Shown here: piece after piece, positions 19,902 to 29,539 of the stretch | Position numbering within the stretch: position 1 is the first letter of the stretch | Layout: the number at the start of each line of letters is the position of its first letter | NCBI GenBank assembly: GCA_949289635.1 | Contig: CASEOS010000001.1 | Location: forward strand, 150,548 to 214,547 | DNA from: an uncultured Eubacteriales bacterium | GTDB taxonomy: Bacteria; Bacillota; Clostridia; TANB77; CAG-508 | DNA: 64,000 bases | Direction: 5' to 3' | Notes under the pieces: model-generated | Told to the model about the DNA's origin: nothing | The model's database searches: none | Seen by the model: only the letters and a program-made list of their open reading frames with translations | Translations under genes and position numbers: made by a program

Positions 19902-19937
19902 ATGTCCAAAAAGAAACGTCCCCAATTGTCCCAAATT
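19902..19937. repeat. REP-like element, class 1 (forward orientation), right flank of the RAYT gene
   Basis: ATGTCCAAAAAGAAACGTCCCCAATTGTCCCAAATT. Confidence 0.85.
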
Positions 19938-19940
19938 ATT

Positions 19941-20252
19941 TTATGCTTCTGTTTTCTTTTTTCCAAATGTAATTTCTTGGAATAAGAAATCATGTACTTT
20001 CTCCCATGTAATTTCTTGATGTAAAAATTCATTTATTTCATTTTCCACTTTTTGTTGATATGGAGTTAATTCTACTTTTATTTCTTTGTTCCAATCAATT
20101 TCTTGGAACCAGAAATTTTTGAATTTTGTCCAAAATCCTTGTTTTACAGGTAAATTTTTGCCATTTGAAGCTTGTTCTTGTACATTATTACCATTTTCAT
20201 TATTAAATTCTACTCCACCAAATACATTATTTTCTTCTCTTATATCTGCCAT
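19941..20252 (-). CDS. Small hypothetical protein with three F-x-x-QEI-[DT]-[WF] repeats
   Basis: NFWFQEIDW, EFLHQEITW and DFLFQEITF at roughly 25-residue spacing. No signal peptide and no recognisable family. Confidence 0.45.
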   Translation of the reverse strand: MADIREENNVFGGVEFNNENGNNVQEQASNGKNLPVKQGFWTKFKNFWFQEIDWNKEIKVELTPYQQKVENEINEFLHQEITWEKVHDFLFQEITFGKKKTEA

Positions 20253-20432
20253 TTAATTTCCTCCTTTGTAGCTTATTATACCTTACTATATTATTTATAC
20301 TATATCTTTTGTGATTTATCAATAGTTTTTTTACTCTTTTTTATTAAATATTAATGACAAAAAGATTACATTTTTGTTACATTTTCCCATTTTATTTTCA
20401 AGAATTTCTTTAAAGTTATCTTGTTTATAGAT

Positions 20433-21740
20433 TTAGTTTACAACAATATATTCCTCTTTTGCATCTGTACATTTTAATGTTATTATTTTGTTTTCCATAT
20501 TCTCTTCTGTTTTATAATGTACTAATATATAATTTTTCGTATGTCCTTGCCATATGCCATGTTTTTCTTCTTCAAATAAAATTTCCACTTTTTTTCCTAT
20601 ATATTGTTCATTATATGACTTTTCATTTTTATTAGATAATTCAATTAGTGTTCTACTTCTTTCTTCTTTTTTATTTCCATCAATTTGATTTGGCATTACT
20701 GCTGCTTTTGTTCCTTTTCTTGGTGAATATTTAAATACATGCATTTTATAAAAATGTATTTCTTTTAAAAATGTATATGTTCTTTCAAATTCTTCTTCAC
20801 TTTCTCCTGGAAATCCTACAATGATGTCTGTTGTTAAGATAGCATCTTCAAATGTGTTTCTTAACAACTTTGCTATTTCTTTAAATTGTTCTGTTGTATA
20901 TCTTCTATTCATTCTTTTTAATGTTTCATCACAACCACTTTGTAATGATAAATGAAATTGATGACATATTTTAGACAATTTTTCTAATCTGCTAACAAAT
21001 TCTTTGGTTATTAGTAATGGCTCTATTGATCCTAGTCTAATTCTTTCAATTCCTTCTATGGTATCTATTTCTTCTAATAAATCAATTAGTCTATATTCTT
21101 GTTTAAAATCTTTTCCATATGAGGCAATATGAATTCCTGTAATAACCACTTCTTTTATACCTTCTTTTGCAATTTTTTGAATTTCAGATATGATATGTTC
21201 TGGGTTTCTACTTCTTACTCTTCCTCGTGCATATGGAATTATACAGTATGAACAAAAACGGTCACAGCCATCTTGAATTTTGATAACAGCTCTTGTTTTT
21301 TCTGTAAATGTAATATCACCAAATTCTACAAATTCTTTTTGGTTCATAACATCTTCTGTTTGTACTTCTGGAATTGTTTGTTTTTCTGCATTTTTACTTT
21401 TTATATATTTTTCAACATACTCTACAATTTCTTTTTTTTCATTATTTCCTAATACTAAATTAATCTCTTTTATGTTTCCTATTTCTTCTTTTGCAACTTG
21501 TGCATAACAACCACAAGCGACGACAATTGCCTCTTTATTTAATTCTTTTACCCTTCTTAACATTTGTCTAGATTTTCTATCTGACATATTGGTTACTGTA
21601 CAAGTATTGACAATATAAATATCTGCCTTTTTTGTATGGTCTACAACTTTATATCCTTTTTCTATAAATTCCTGTGTCATGGCATTTGTTTCATATTGAT
21701 TTACTTTACATCCCAATGTAATAAATGCTACTGTTTTCAT
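20433..21740 (-). CDS. mtaB: Radical-SAM tRNA methylthiotransferase, MtaB-like (MiaB/RimO family)
   Basis: MKTVAFITLGCKVNQYETNAM N-domain, CxxxCxxC (CDRFCSYCIIP) and a TRAM-like C-terminus. Start set at the ATG behind AAGGAGAGG. Confidence 0.85.
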   Translation of the reverse strand: MKTVAFITLGCKVNQYETNAMTQEFIEKGYKVVDHTKKADIYIVNTCTVTNMSDRKSRQMLRRVKELNKEAIVVACGCYAQVAKEEIGNIKEINLVLGNNEKKEIVEYVEKYIKSKNAEKQTIPEVQTEDVMNQKEFVEFGDITFTEKTRAVIKIQDGCDRFCSYCIIPYARGRVRSRNPEHIISEIQKIAKEGIKEVVITGIHIASYGKDFKQEYRLIDLLEEIDTIEGIERIRLGSIEPLLITKEFVSRLEKLSKICHQFHLSLQSGCDETLKRMNRRYTTEQFKEIAKLLRNTFEDAILTTDIIVGFPGESEEEFERTYTFLKEIHFYKMHVFKYSPRKGTKAAVMPNQIDGNKKEERSRTLIELSNKNEKSYNEQYIGKKVEILFEEEKHGIWQGHTKNYILVHYKTEENMENKIITLKCTDAKEEYIVVN

Positions 21741-21875
21741 TTTCCTCTCCTTCTTCAAAACTCTATCTATTATGACATATTTTTAAAGAGAAAACAACTT
21801 TCAATTTAAAATTGTTTTCTCTTTTTTCTAACGTTATTTTTCCCTATTTTTAACTGTTCCGAATACAGTTTAGTA

Positions 21876-22892
21876 TTATCTAGATGTTTTTCCTTCTAGT
21901 ACATCTAAATTATCTAACGCTTTTCCTGTTCCCAATGCCACGCATGATACAGTATCTTGTGCAATCATAACATTAATTCCTGTTTTTTCTTGTAATAACT
22001 TATCTAATCCATCAACTAAACATCCTCCACCAGTCATATAAATTCCTTTATCACTGATATCTGCTGATAATTCTGGTGGTGTTCTTTCTAATACAGAATG
22101 AACAGCATCTACAATCATCATTGCTGGTTCTAATAATGCTTCTAACATTTCGCTTGAATGAATTGTTAGTGTTTTTGGAAGACCAGTAATTAAATCTCTT
22201 CCACGTATATTCATTTCTGTATCTTGTATTTTTGGGTACACACATCCAATATTCACCTTTAAGTCTTCAGCTGTTCTTTCACCTATCATAACATTATGTT
22301 TTTTCTTAATATATTTTACAATATATTCGTCAAATTTATCACCAGCAACTTTCAAAGATGTGTTAACTACCGAACCTCCTAATGATATAACAGCAATATC
22401 GGTTGTTCCTCCTCCAATATCCACTACCATATTTCCACATGGTTTTGATATATCAATTCCTGCACCAATTGCTGCTGCGATTGGTTCTTCAATTAAATAA
22501 ACTTTTCTTGCACCTGCTTGTGTTGCTGCATCTATAACTGCTTTTTTCTCTACCTCTGTTACTTGTGAAGGGATACAAATCATAATTCTTGGTGCGAATA
22601 AAAATTTACCACAAACTTTATTGATAAAATGTTTTAACATTTTTTCTGTGACTGTATAATCTGATATAACTCCATCCCTTAATGGTCTTGTTGCAACAAT
22701 ATTTCCTGGAGTTCTACCAAGCATTCTTCTAGCCTCTTGTCCGACTGCTAACACTTCTCCTGTAATATTGTCCACAGCAACAACAGAAGGTTCTCTTAAT
22801 ACAATTCCCTTCCCTTTTACATATACAATGACTGTTGCAGTACCTAAATCAATTCCTACATCTTGTCCAAAACCAAATTTAAACATTTGCAT
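21876..22892 (-). CDS. mreB: Rod-shape determining protein MreB
   Basis: GIDLGTATVIVYV, VVDIGGGTTDIAV and YMTGGG actin-fold motifs. Confidence 0.95.
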   Translation of the reverse strand: MQMFKFGFGQDVGIDLGTATVIVYVKGKGIVLREPSVVAVDNITGEVLAVGQEARRMLGRTPGNIVATRPLRDGVISDYTVTEKMLKHFINKVCGKFLFAPRIMICIPSQVTEVEKKAVIDAATQAGARKVYLIEEPIAAAIGAGIDISKPCGNMVVDIGGGTTDIAVISLGGSVVNTSLKVAGDKFDEYIVKYIKKKHNVMIGERTAEDLKVNIGCVYPKIQDTEMNIRGRDLITGLPKTLTIHSSEMLEALLEPAMMIVDAVHSVLERTPPELSADISDKGIYMTGGGCLVDGLDKLLQEKTGINVMIAQDTVSCVALGTGKALDNLDVLEGKTSR

Positions 22893-23013
22893 ATCTTCCC
22901 TTCTTTTATTTTTATTACAAATTCGTTACAATTATATTACAATATGATTATTTTTTCAACTGTTTTTTGTAAAAAAAGAGAGTCTCTTTTTTTTTATGTA
23001 TTTATATATTTTT

Positions 23014-23583
23014 TTATCCATATAACTCATTATATATATGATAGTCTCTCAATATTTTTCTTACATAATTATTAGTTTCCTTATATGGTATATTTTCAAT
23101 ATCTGATCCGTCTGCTTGTATAATTTGCTTTTCTATCCAATTGTTTACTGTTCCAATTCCGGCATTATATGCTGCTAATGCTACTTCTACATTTCCATAT
23201 TGTGTTAATAAAGTTGATAAATATTTTGTTCCTATATTAATATTGTTGTCAATATCTAATAATTCTTCTGTTATATTTTCTGTATCAATATTTATCTGAT
23301 TTTTATTAGCAACATCAATTGCTGTGTCTTCTACAATTTGCATTAGTCCAATGGCTTCTCTATTAGAAACAGCCTCACTATTAAAATTGCTTTCTGCCTT
23401 TATGACTGCATATATTAAATTTTCCTCTACATCATATTCTTCTGCATAAACAGATATAATTTCACTATATGTTTTAGGATATATTATTTTTAATAATTTA
23501 TCTTTAAATAGAACAAATAGTATTGCTATTATAAGTACTATAATAACTGTACCTATTGTAATTTTATATTTGTTTTTTAACAA
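23014..23583 (-). CDS. Membrane-anchored lytic transglycosylase (SLT domain)
   Basis: AVIKAESNFNSEAVSNREAIGLMQI and AYNAGIGTV motifs. Confidence 0.85.
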   Translation of the reverse strand: MLKNKYKITIGTVIIVLIIAILFVLFKDKLLKIIYPKTYSEIISVYAEEYDVEENLIYAVIKAESNFNSEAVSNREAIGLMQIVEDTAIDVANKNQINIDTENITEELLDIDNNINIGTKYLSTLLTQYGNVEVALAAYNAGIGTVNNWIEKQIIQADGSDIENIPYKETNNYVRKILRDYHIYNELYG

Positions 23584-23688
23584 AATTTTCTCTCCTTTTC
23601 AATCTTAAAACTCCCTAATATTTCCATTCATTTTTTGCAATCAATCAATATTATTATTTTTGATTACACTAAAAAAATATCATAAATT

Positions 23689-26391
23689 TTATTTACAATC
23701 ATACCAATTTTTCGCTTCTGATATTTCTGCCACAAGTGGTATTTTTAATTGAATTGCGGATTCCATTTCTTTTTTCATGATATCTTTTACTTCTTCTTTC
23801 TCACTTTCTGGTGCTTCAATCATCATTTCATCATGTACTTGCAAAATAATTTTTGCTTTTAAACCTCTTTTTTTCAATTCTTCATTTACATGAATCATCG
23901 CGATTTTCATAATGTCAGCTGCTGTTCCTTGAATTGGTGTATTCATTGCTACTCTATTTCCAAATTGTCTTACCATATAGTTTTTAGAATTCAATTCTGG
24001 AACATATCTTCTTCTATGGAATAAGGTTTCAACATATCCTTTTTCTTTTGTCTTTTCAATAATATTCTCCATAAATTTTTTTATTCCTGCATACTCTGTT
24101 AAATATTCATCTATATATTGTTTTGCTCTTTTTCTAGAAATTCCTAGTTGTTCTGCTAATCCAAAATCACTAATTCCATAAACAATTCCGAAGTTAACTG
24201 CTTTGGCATTACTTCTTTGTTCTTTGGTTACTTCATCAATTGGTGTTTTGAAAACTTTTGAAGCTGCTTGTTTATGAATATCTTCATTATGGTTAAAAGC
24301 ATCTATCATGTGTTTATCTTCTGAAATATGTGCCAATACTCTTAATTCGATTTGTGAATAGTCTGCATCAATATAGACTTTTCCCTCTTCTGGTTTAAAT
24401 ACTTTTCTCACTCTTTTTCCCAATTCAAATCTAGTTGGAATATTTTGTAAATTTGGCTCTGTTGAGCTGATTCTTCCTGTCGCTGTTATCGTTTGATGGA
24501 AAAAGGAATGAATTCTTTTGGTTTTCGGATTAATGAATGGTTTTAGTCCTTCTACATAGGTAGAATTTAATTTCATTAATTGTCTATATTCCAATATTTT
24601 TCCAATAATCGGATCTTCTCTTTTTAATTTTTCTAAAACATCTACATCAGTAGAATATCCATTTTTTGTCTTTTTAATAACTGGTAATTTCATTTTTTCA
24701 AAAAGAATTTCTCCTAATTGTTTTGTAGAATTAATATTAAATTCTTCTCCTGCCATTTCATGAATTACCTTTGTTAACACTTCTATTTGTGAAGTTAATT
24801 CTTCTCCAAATGCACTTAATTCTTGTTCATCTACATACATTCCATTCCATTGCATACTTGATAAAACTTCTACTGTTGGCATATCAATATTGGTATATAA
24901 GTCAAAGCTATTGGTATCTTTTAATTTTTGTAAAATCATGGTGTTTATTTTTTCAATGATATATACATACAAAGTGTATTTTTCCGAATCTTTTTTAGCA
25001 TCTGCATTTGAAATTTCTTCAAATAATGTCATTTGTTTTTGTTTGTCTTCTTCTCCTATATATTCTTCTATATCTAATTCTAAATATTGCATTGCTAAGT
25101 TTTTAAGGTCTAATTTATTATTTGTTGGATTTAAAATATAGGCTCCTACAGATATATCATTTTCAATTCCATCTAAAGTAATATCTACTTGTTTTAGTAA
25201 AATATATACTTTTGTTAAATTGATACTGGTCTTTTTTATAGTTTCATCTTCAAATATGTCTTTTAATTTTGCTATCTCTTCTTGGTTTAGTTTTATATAA
25301 TAGGCTTCTTGTGTATCTATATTATATACACTCATTCCTGTTATGTTTTCTTTTATAATATTGTCTAAATTATCTTCTTTTTCAGTTTGTAAATAGAAAA
25401 TCATTCTTTTTTGTGTTTTTATAATATCCATAATTTCTTCTAATGATTTTTCAACTGTTTTAAATTCTATTTTATACGTTTCTTCTTGACTTTCTTGTTT
25501 TTCTCCTGTTAAATGGAATCTTTCAATATATCGATTAAAATTCAATTCTTTAAATAATTTTAATACTTTTTCTTTGTCCCATTCTTCCACTTTGAATTGT
25601 TCTAATGTATCTTCAATGGGAACTTCTAAATTGATGGTTCCTAATGTTTTAGATAATTCTGCTAATTCCTTATTATCTTTAATCTTTTCTCTTTGTTTTC
25701 CTTTTAAATCATCTTCATTTTTTTCTATTTTGTCATATAAATTTTCAATAGAACCATATTTTTGAATCAAGGATAATGCTGTTTTCTCTCCAATTCCTGG
25801 AACACCTGGTATATTATCTGAGCTATCTCCTTGTAAGCCTTTTACTTCGATTAATTGTTTTGGCTCTATTCCATAAGTTTCTAATATTTTACTCTTATCA
25901 AATAAATCCGTTTCTGTTTTTCCACCTTTTGTTCTTGGAATTCGAATTGTTACATTGTCTGTTGCTAATTGGAAAGTATCTCTATCCCCTGATAATATTG
26001 TCACATGAAGACCCTGTTTTTCTCCATATCTAGAAAGCGTTCCTAAAACATCATCTGCTTCATAACCTTCTTTTTCTACAATATCAATATTCATCGCTCT
26101 TAATATTTCTTTAATTAAAGGCATTTGTTCTGCCAATTCATCTGGCATTCCTTTTCGATTAGCTTTATATCCTTCATATAATTTGTGTCTTGCTGTTGGT
26201 GTTTTTAGGTCAAATGCTACTGCCATATATTTTGGATTGGTATCTTCTATTAATTTAAACAAAATTGCTAAAAAACCATATACTGCATTTGTATACTTTC
26301 CATCCCTTGTTGTTAGCATTTTACTTCCCATAATTCCATAAAATGCTCGATTCATGATACTATTTCCATCAATTAAAACAAAGTTATCCAT
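23689..26391 (-). CDS. polA: DNA polymerase I
   Basis: 5'-nuclease domain (GDSSDNIPGVPGIGEKTA) and polymerase motifs DYSQIELRVLAH, NFGIVYG and QVHDE; 900 aa. Confidence 0.95.
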   Translation of the reverse strand: MDNFVLIDGNSIMNRAFYGIMGSKMLTTRDGKYTNAVYGFLAILFKLIEDTNPKYMAVAFDLKTPTARHKLYEGYKANRKGMPDELAEQMPLIKEILRAMNIDIVEKEGYEADDVLGTLSRYGEKQGLHVTILSGDRDTFQLATDNVTIRIPRTKGGKTETDLFDKSKILETYGIEPKQLIEVKGLQGDSSDNIPGVPGIGEKTALSLIQKYGSIENLYDKIEKNEDDLKGKQREKIKDNKELAELSKTLGTINLEVPIEDTLEQFKVEEWDKEKVLKLFKELNFNRYIERFHLTGEKQESQEETYKIEFKTVEKSLEEIMDIIKTQKRMIFYLQTEKEDNLDNIIKENITGMSVYNIDTQEAYYIKLNQEEIAKLKDIFEDETIKKTSINLTKVYILLKQVDITLDGIENDISVGAYILNPTNNKLDLKNLAMQYLELDIEEYIGEEDKQKQMTLFEEISNADAKKDSEKYTLYVYIIEKINTMILQKLKDTNSFDLYTNIDMPTVEVLSSMQWNGMYVDEQELSAFGEELTSQIEVLTKVIHEMAGEEFNINSTKQLGEILFEKMKLPVIKKTKNGYSTDVDVLEKLKREDPIIGKILEYRQLMKLNSTYVEGLKPFINPKTKRIHSFFHQTITATGRISSTEPNLQNIPTRFELGKRVRKVFKPEEGKVYIDADYSQIELRVLAHISEDKHMIDAFNHNEDIHKQAASKVFKTPIDEVTKEQRSNAKAVNFGIVYGISDFGLAEQLGISRKRAKQYIDEYLTEYAGIKKFMENIIEKTKEKGYVETLFHRRRYVPELNSKNYMVRQFGNRVAMNTPIQGTAADIMKIAMIHVNEELKKRGLKAKIILQVHDEMMIEAPESEKEEVKDIMKKEMESAIQLKIPLVAEISEAKNWYDCK

Positions 26392-26441
26392 TGATTACCT
26401 CCTTCTGCATGTCCCATTGATTTCATTTCTCTACGGACATT

Positions 26442-27890
26442 TTACCCTGTTGAGATCGTTTTTCTGTGGGACATTAAACAAATACATACACCTAATAACA
26501 TGAAAAATGTAAATGGTGTTCCATTTCTCCAACCTTCTCCATTGATTAAGAAAACACTATTGGCAAATTGACTAATTAATGCAATTTGAACAACAAATTG
26601 TATTGTCCTTTTCTTTTGCCACATCATTAGTGGAAATATCCACATAATATACCATGGTTGAAAATTGGTAATTAATAAAAATAGAAATGCTATTAAAAAA
26701 TATTCTACTTTTCTCATTTCTTCTCTAAATGATATTTGTTTTTTATACAATAATGTCAAACAAGTAAAGAAATAGATAATGATAAATGAAATGAGTAATA
26801 TCCTGTTTACATTAGCAACCAAATTTGGTATATCAAAATATTCCATTAGGATAATATAAAAGTTTTTTGCAAATTTTTCTTGTTGTGTTATAATTCCATT
26901 TAATACTTGTATGTCTTGGATATATAGTAAATATGTAATTGCTACTACAAATATAAATAGCATACCATATAAAAAGCATTTCTTCAATCTTTCTAAAGGC
27001 TTTTTATCTCTAAAGTAATAAATAATCATAAATGGTAATAATAGAATTGCAAAATATTTTATGGCTGTTGCTAATGCTAAAAACACAATGCCAATGATTA
27101 AGTTTTTCTTTTTTAACAAAAAATACAAAGCTCCTAATATAAATGTTATTACATATATATCATTATGTACATTGGCAATACCTTCTATTAGCATATATGG
27201 ATTTAATCCATATAACAATACAAATAGTTTTTTCCCTGTTAATTTATAAATAAGATAACAATTTACTAAATGAATTGCCATATTTAATAATTTAAATAAC
27301 AATAAGGCAATGTCGATATTTCCAAAGGAAATGCCTGCCACAAGCTTACAAATCAATGACCAAACCGGTCCATATACCACTGTTGTATTTCCCCAGTCAT
27401 TTTCATATCCTTTTGCTAATACTGTATCTTGTTCTAAATATTGGCTATTATCTCCACTATCTACAAAATCTGTAATTGTTACATAATACGGATTTTGCCC
27501 ATATGTACTATCTAATCTTCCTACACCTAAATAATAAAATACATCTGAACTTAAAAATGGCACAACTATCACAAATATTAATGAAATAATGGCTATATAC
27601 AAATACATTTGTTTATTACTTTTAAATAGTTTATCTCTATTTTTTACAATTAAAAAATAAAATATAGTTAATACAGTTAAAATTATCAAATATATTATTG
27701 TTTGTACCACTCGATTACTATTATTTAAGCAAAATTGAAAATATTCATTAAAATTTAATATCGTTTTATTTTCCAACAAATACTGAATAGATGGTATAGC
27801 AAACAAAATAGATGCCAATATAAAAAAAATGGGACAATTGGGGACGTTTCTGTTTGGACATTTTATATATTTATTCTTTAAATTTAACAT
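26442..27890 (-). CDS. Polytopic membrane protein, GT-C-like glycosyltransferase (putative)
   Basis: At least 10 predicted TM helices and an extracytoplasmic loop rich in D/Y/W. A class 1 REP (27831-27862) overlaps the first ~20 codons, so the start is uncertain. Confidence 0.5.
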   Translation of the reverse strand: MLNLKNKYIKCPNRNVPNCPIFFILASILFAIPSIQYLLENKTILNFNEYFQFCLNNSNRVVQTIIYLIILTVLTIFYFLIVKNRDKLFKSNKQMYLYIAIISLIFVIVVPFLSSDVFYYLGVGRLDSTYGQNPYYVTITDFVDSGDNSQYLEQDTVLAKGYENDWGNTTVVYGPVWSLICKLVAGISFGNIDIALLLFKLLNMAIHLVNCYLIYKLTGKKLFVLLYGLNPYMLIEGIANVHNDIYVITFILGALYFLLKKKNLIIGIVFLALATAIKYFAILLLPFMIIYYFRDKKPLERLKKCFLYGMLFIFVVAITYLLYIQDIQVLNGIITQQEKFAKNFYIILMEYFDIPNLVANVNRILLISFIIIYFFTCLTLLYKKQISFREEMRKVEYFLIAFLFLLITNFQPWYIMWIFPLMMWQKKRTIQFVVQIALISQFANSVFLINGEGWRNGTPFTFFMLLGVCICLMSHRKTISTG

Positions 27891-28032
27891 TTTCTTCAGC
27901 TCCTTTATTTTAAACTTTATCTGTTCTTTTTATTTTATATTTTTCTGTTCTATATTTTTTATTTAGACACAAATTTCTATTTTTTTACATAAATTGTAAA
28001 AATGTCCAAACAGAAACGTCCCCAATTGTCCC
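27831..28032. repeat. REPIN-like inverted doublet of class 1 REPs
   Basis: 27831-27862 (GGGACAATTGGGGACGTTTCTGTTTGGACATTTT) and 28002-28032 are exact reverse complements. Both carry the private AAACAG variant. Confidence 0.85.
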
Positions 28033-28036
28033 TTTT

Positions 28037-29524
28037 CTAAAATTCGAAAAAGTGAAATACTTCTGGAAGAAACTTTTCTAAAAAATTTGTTTCTGCATTT
28101 AAGAACGTCCCTATAAAATTAATGAAAATACTAATTTCTATTAATATAAGAATTGTTATCAAAATAACTTTTTTAGTACTTTCTTTGGTGGCATTTTCAT
28201 ACATTAGAAACCATATTATCATTGCTACTGTTGAAAACATCCAAAAGAAATCGACTGCATATCGTTGTATAGTTCCTCCCATATATACGTCTAACATACA
28301 CATGATGATACCTACAATTGGTAAGGTAATCATCATTCCTTTTAAAATAGAATCTTTGACTTTTTTATAATATTTATACCCAAAAATACAACTAATAATT
28401 GTTAAATTAAAAAATAAAATTCCACAGACAATGCCACCACTACAATAATTTGCTGTATGTTTTTCTGTACTATAATCTGTATATATGTATGGATATTTTT
28501 CTTGCAAATGTGGTGGTTCTAATAAATATTCATACATTCCTTCTGGTATATCTTTATATCTTTCTGACAAATCGGTAACATCTACAATGGTTAATTGGTA
28601 TTTTGCTCCAAATTCAAAAATACTTCCAAATCTTGCATAATTGTATAGCATTAATGGAATTGCTACAAGCATATATGGCACAATGATAAAAAACAATGTT
28701 TTTTTCAAAAATTTGTTTTTATACGCTTGTTTTACTATTTTATATAAGAATGGTAACAATAATACTGATGCCAATACTAATGTTGGTCTACATCCGACTG
28801 CCAATGCCATGGATAAGCATGCTAAAAATACATATTTCAAATTCACTTTTTCTTCATTATTTGTCGCCTTAAACATACAGACAAGTCCTAATTGAACAAA
28901 AAAGTATCCTGATATTATGGCTAATTCATATGCCCACATTCTCCAAGTATTCCATACATATAGTCCAGAAATTAATCCTGCTATGATAAATAAGAATAAT
29001 AGATTAAATGGAACTTTTTTAAACCATCGTTTATAAATTTGTATCATTAGAATTGTGCTTACTACCATTGATAAACAAACAAAAAAGAAAGTTCCTACAT
29101 TTGTTGATAAGTAACATCCTGTTATCAATTTAAATGGTACAAATATAAGTATTGCTGGAACAATTCCAAAATACACATAATATTGTCCATTATAATATGC
29201 TGTATCGTAAGAATACTCTATTCCTACTCTTTGGCTTGGGTCATATGGATTTTCTAAATTTTTTAATTCTTCTGATGGTTCTATATCTATACTTACTTTT
29301 CCTTCTAATATAGCATCTACTAAATATTTATTGTAAATATCATTTTCTTCTCCTAAATAATCTGGTACAAAATTTGGTTTTATTGCTAATACTATAATAA
29401 ATAAAAGTATAAAACCAATAATGATTATTTTTTGAGAAGGTTTTCCTGTATATGGTTCTTTAAATATATTTACCTTATATAATACACATCCCATTAGGAT
29501 AATAAAGATTAGTATAATTAACAT
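28037..29524 (-). CDS. Polytopic membrane protein, GT-C-like glycosyltransferase (putative)
   Basis: 495 aa, many TM helices, loop ENPYDPSQRVGIEYSYDTAYYNGQYYVYFG. No precise family recognised. Confidence 0.45.
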   Translation of the reverse strand: MLIILIFIILMGCVLYKVNIFKEPYTGKPSQKIIIIGFILLFIIVLAIKPNFVPDYLGEENDIYNKYLVDAILEGKVSIDIEPSEELKNLENPYDPSQRVGIEYSYDTAYYNGQYYVYFGIVPAILIFVPFKLITGCYLSTNVGTFFFVCLSMVVSTILMIQIYKRWFKKVPFNLLFLFIIAGLISGLYVWNTWRMWAYELAIISGYFFVQLGLVCMFKATNNEEKVNLKYVFLACLSMALAVGCRPTLVLASVLLLPFLYKIVKQAYKNKFLKKTLFFIIVPYMLVAIPLMLYNYARFGSIFEFGAKYQLTIVDVTDLSERYKDIPEGMYEYLLEPPHLQEKYPYIYTDYSTEKHTANYCSGGIVCGILFFNLTIISCIFGYKYYKKVKDSILKGMMITLPIVGIIMCMLDVYMGGTIQRYAVDFFWMFSTVAMIIWFLMYENATKESTKKVILITILILIEISIFINFIGTFLNAETNFLEKFLPEVFHFFEF

Positions 29525-29539
29525 ATAATAATACCCTTT

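Larger units (their letters stand above)
18932..19937 (-). mobile_element. RAYT-type Y1 transposase gene flanked by inverted REP copies
   Basis: An IS200-like HUH/Y1 gene is bracketed by two class 1 REPs in inverted orientation, 36 nt from the stop and about 105-125 nt from the start. This is the arrangement described for REP-associated tyrosine transposases. Confidence 0.7.
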
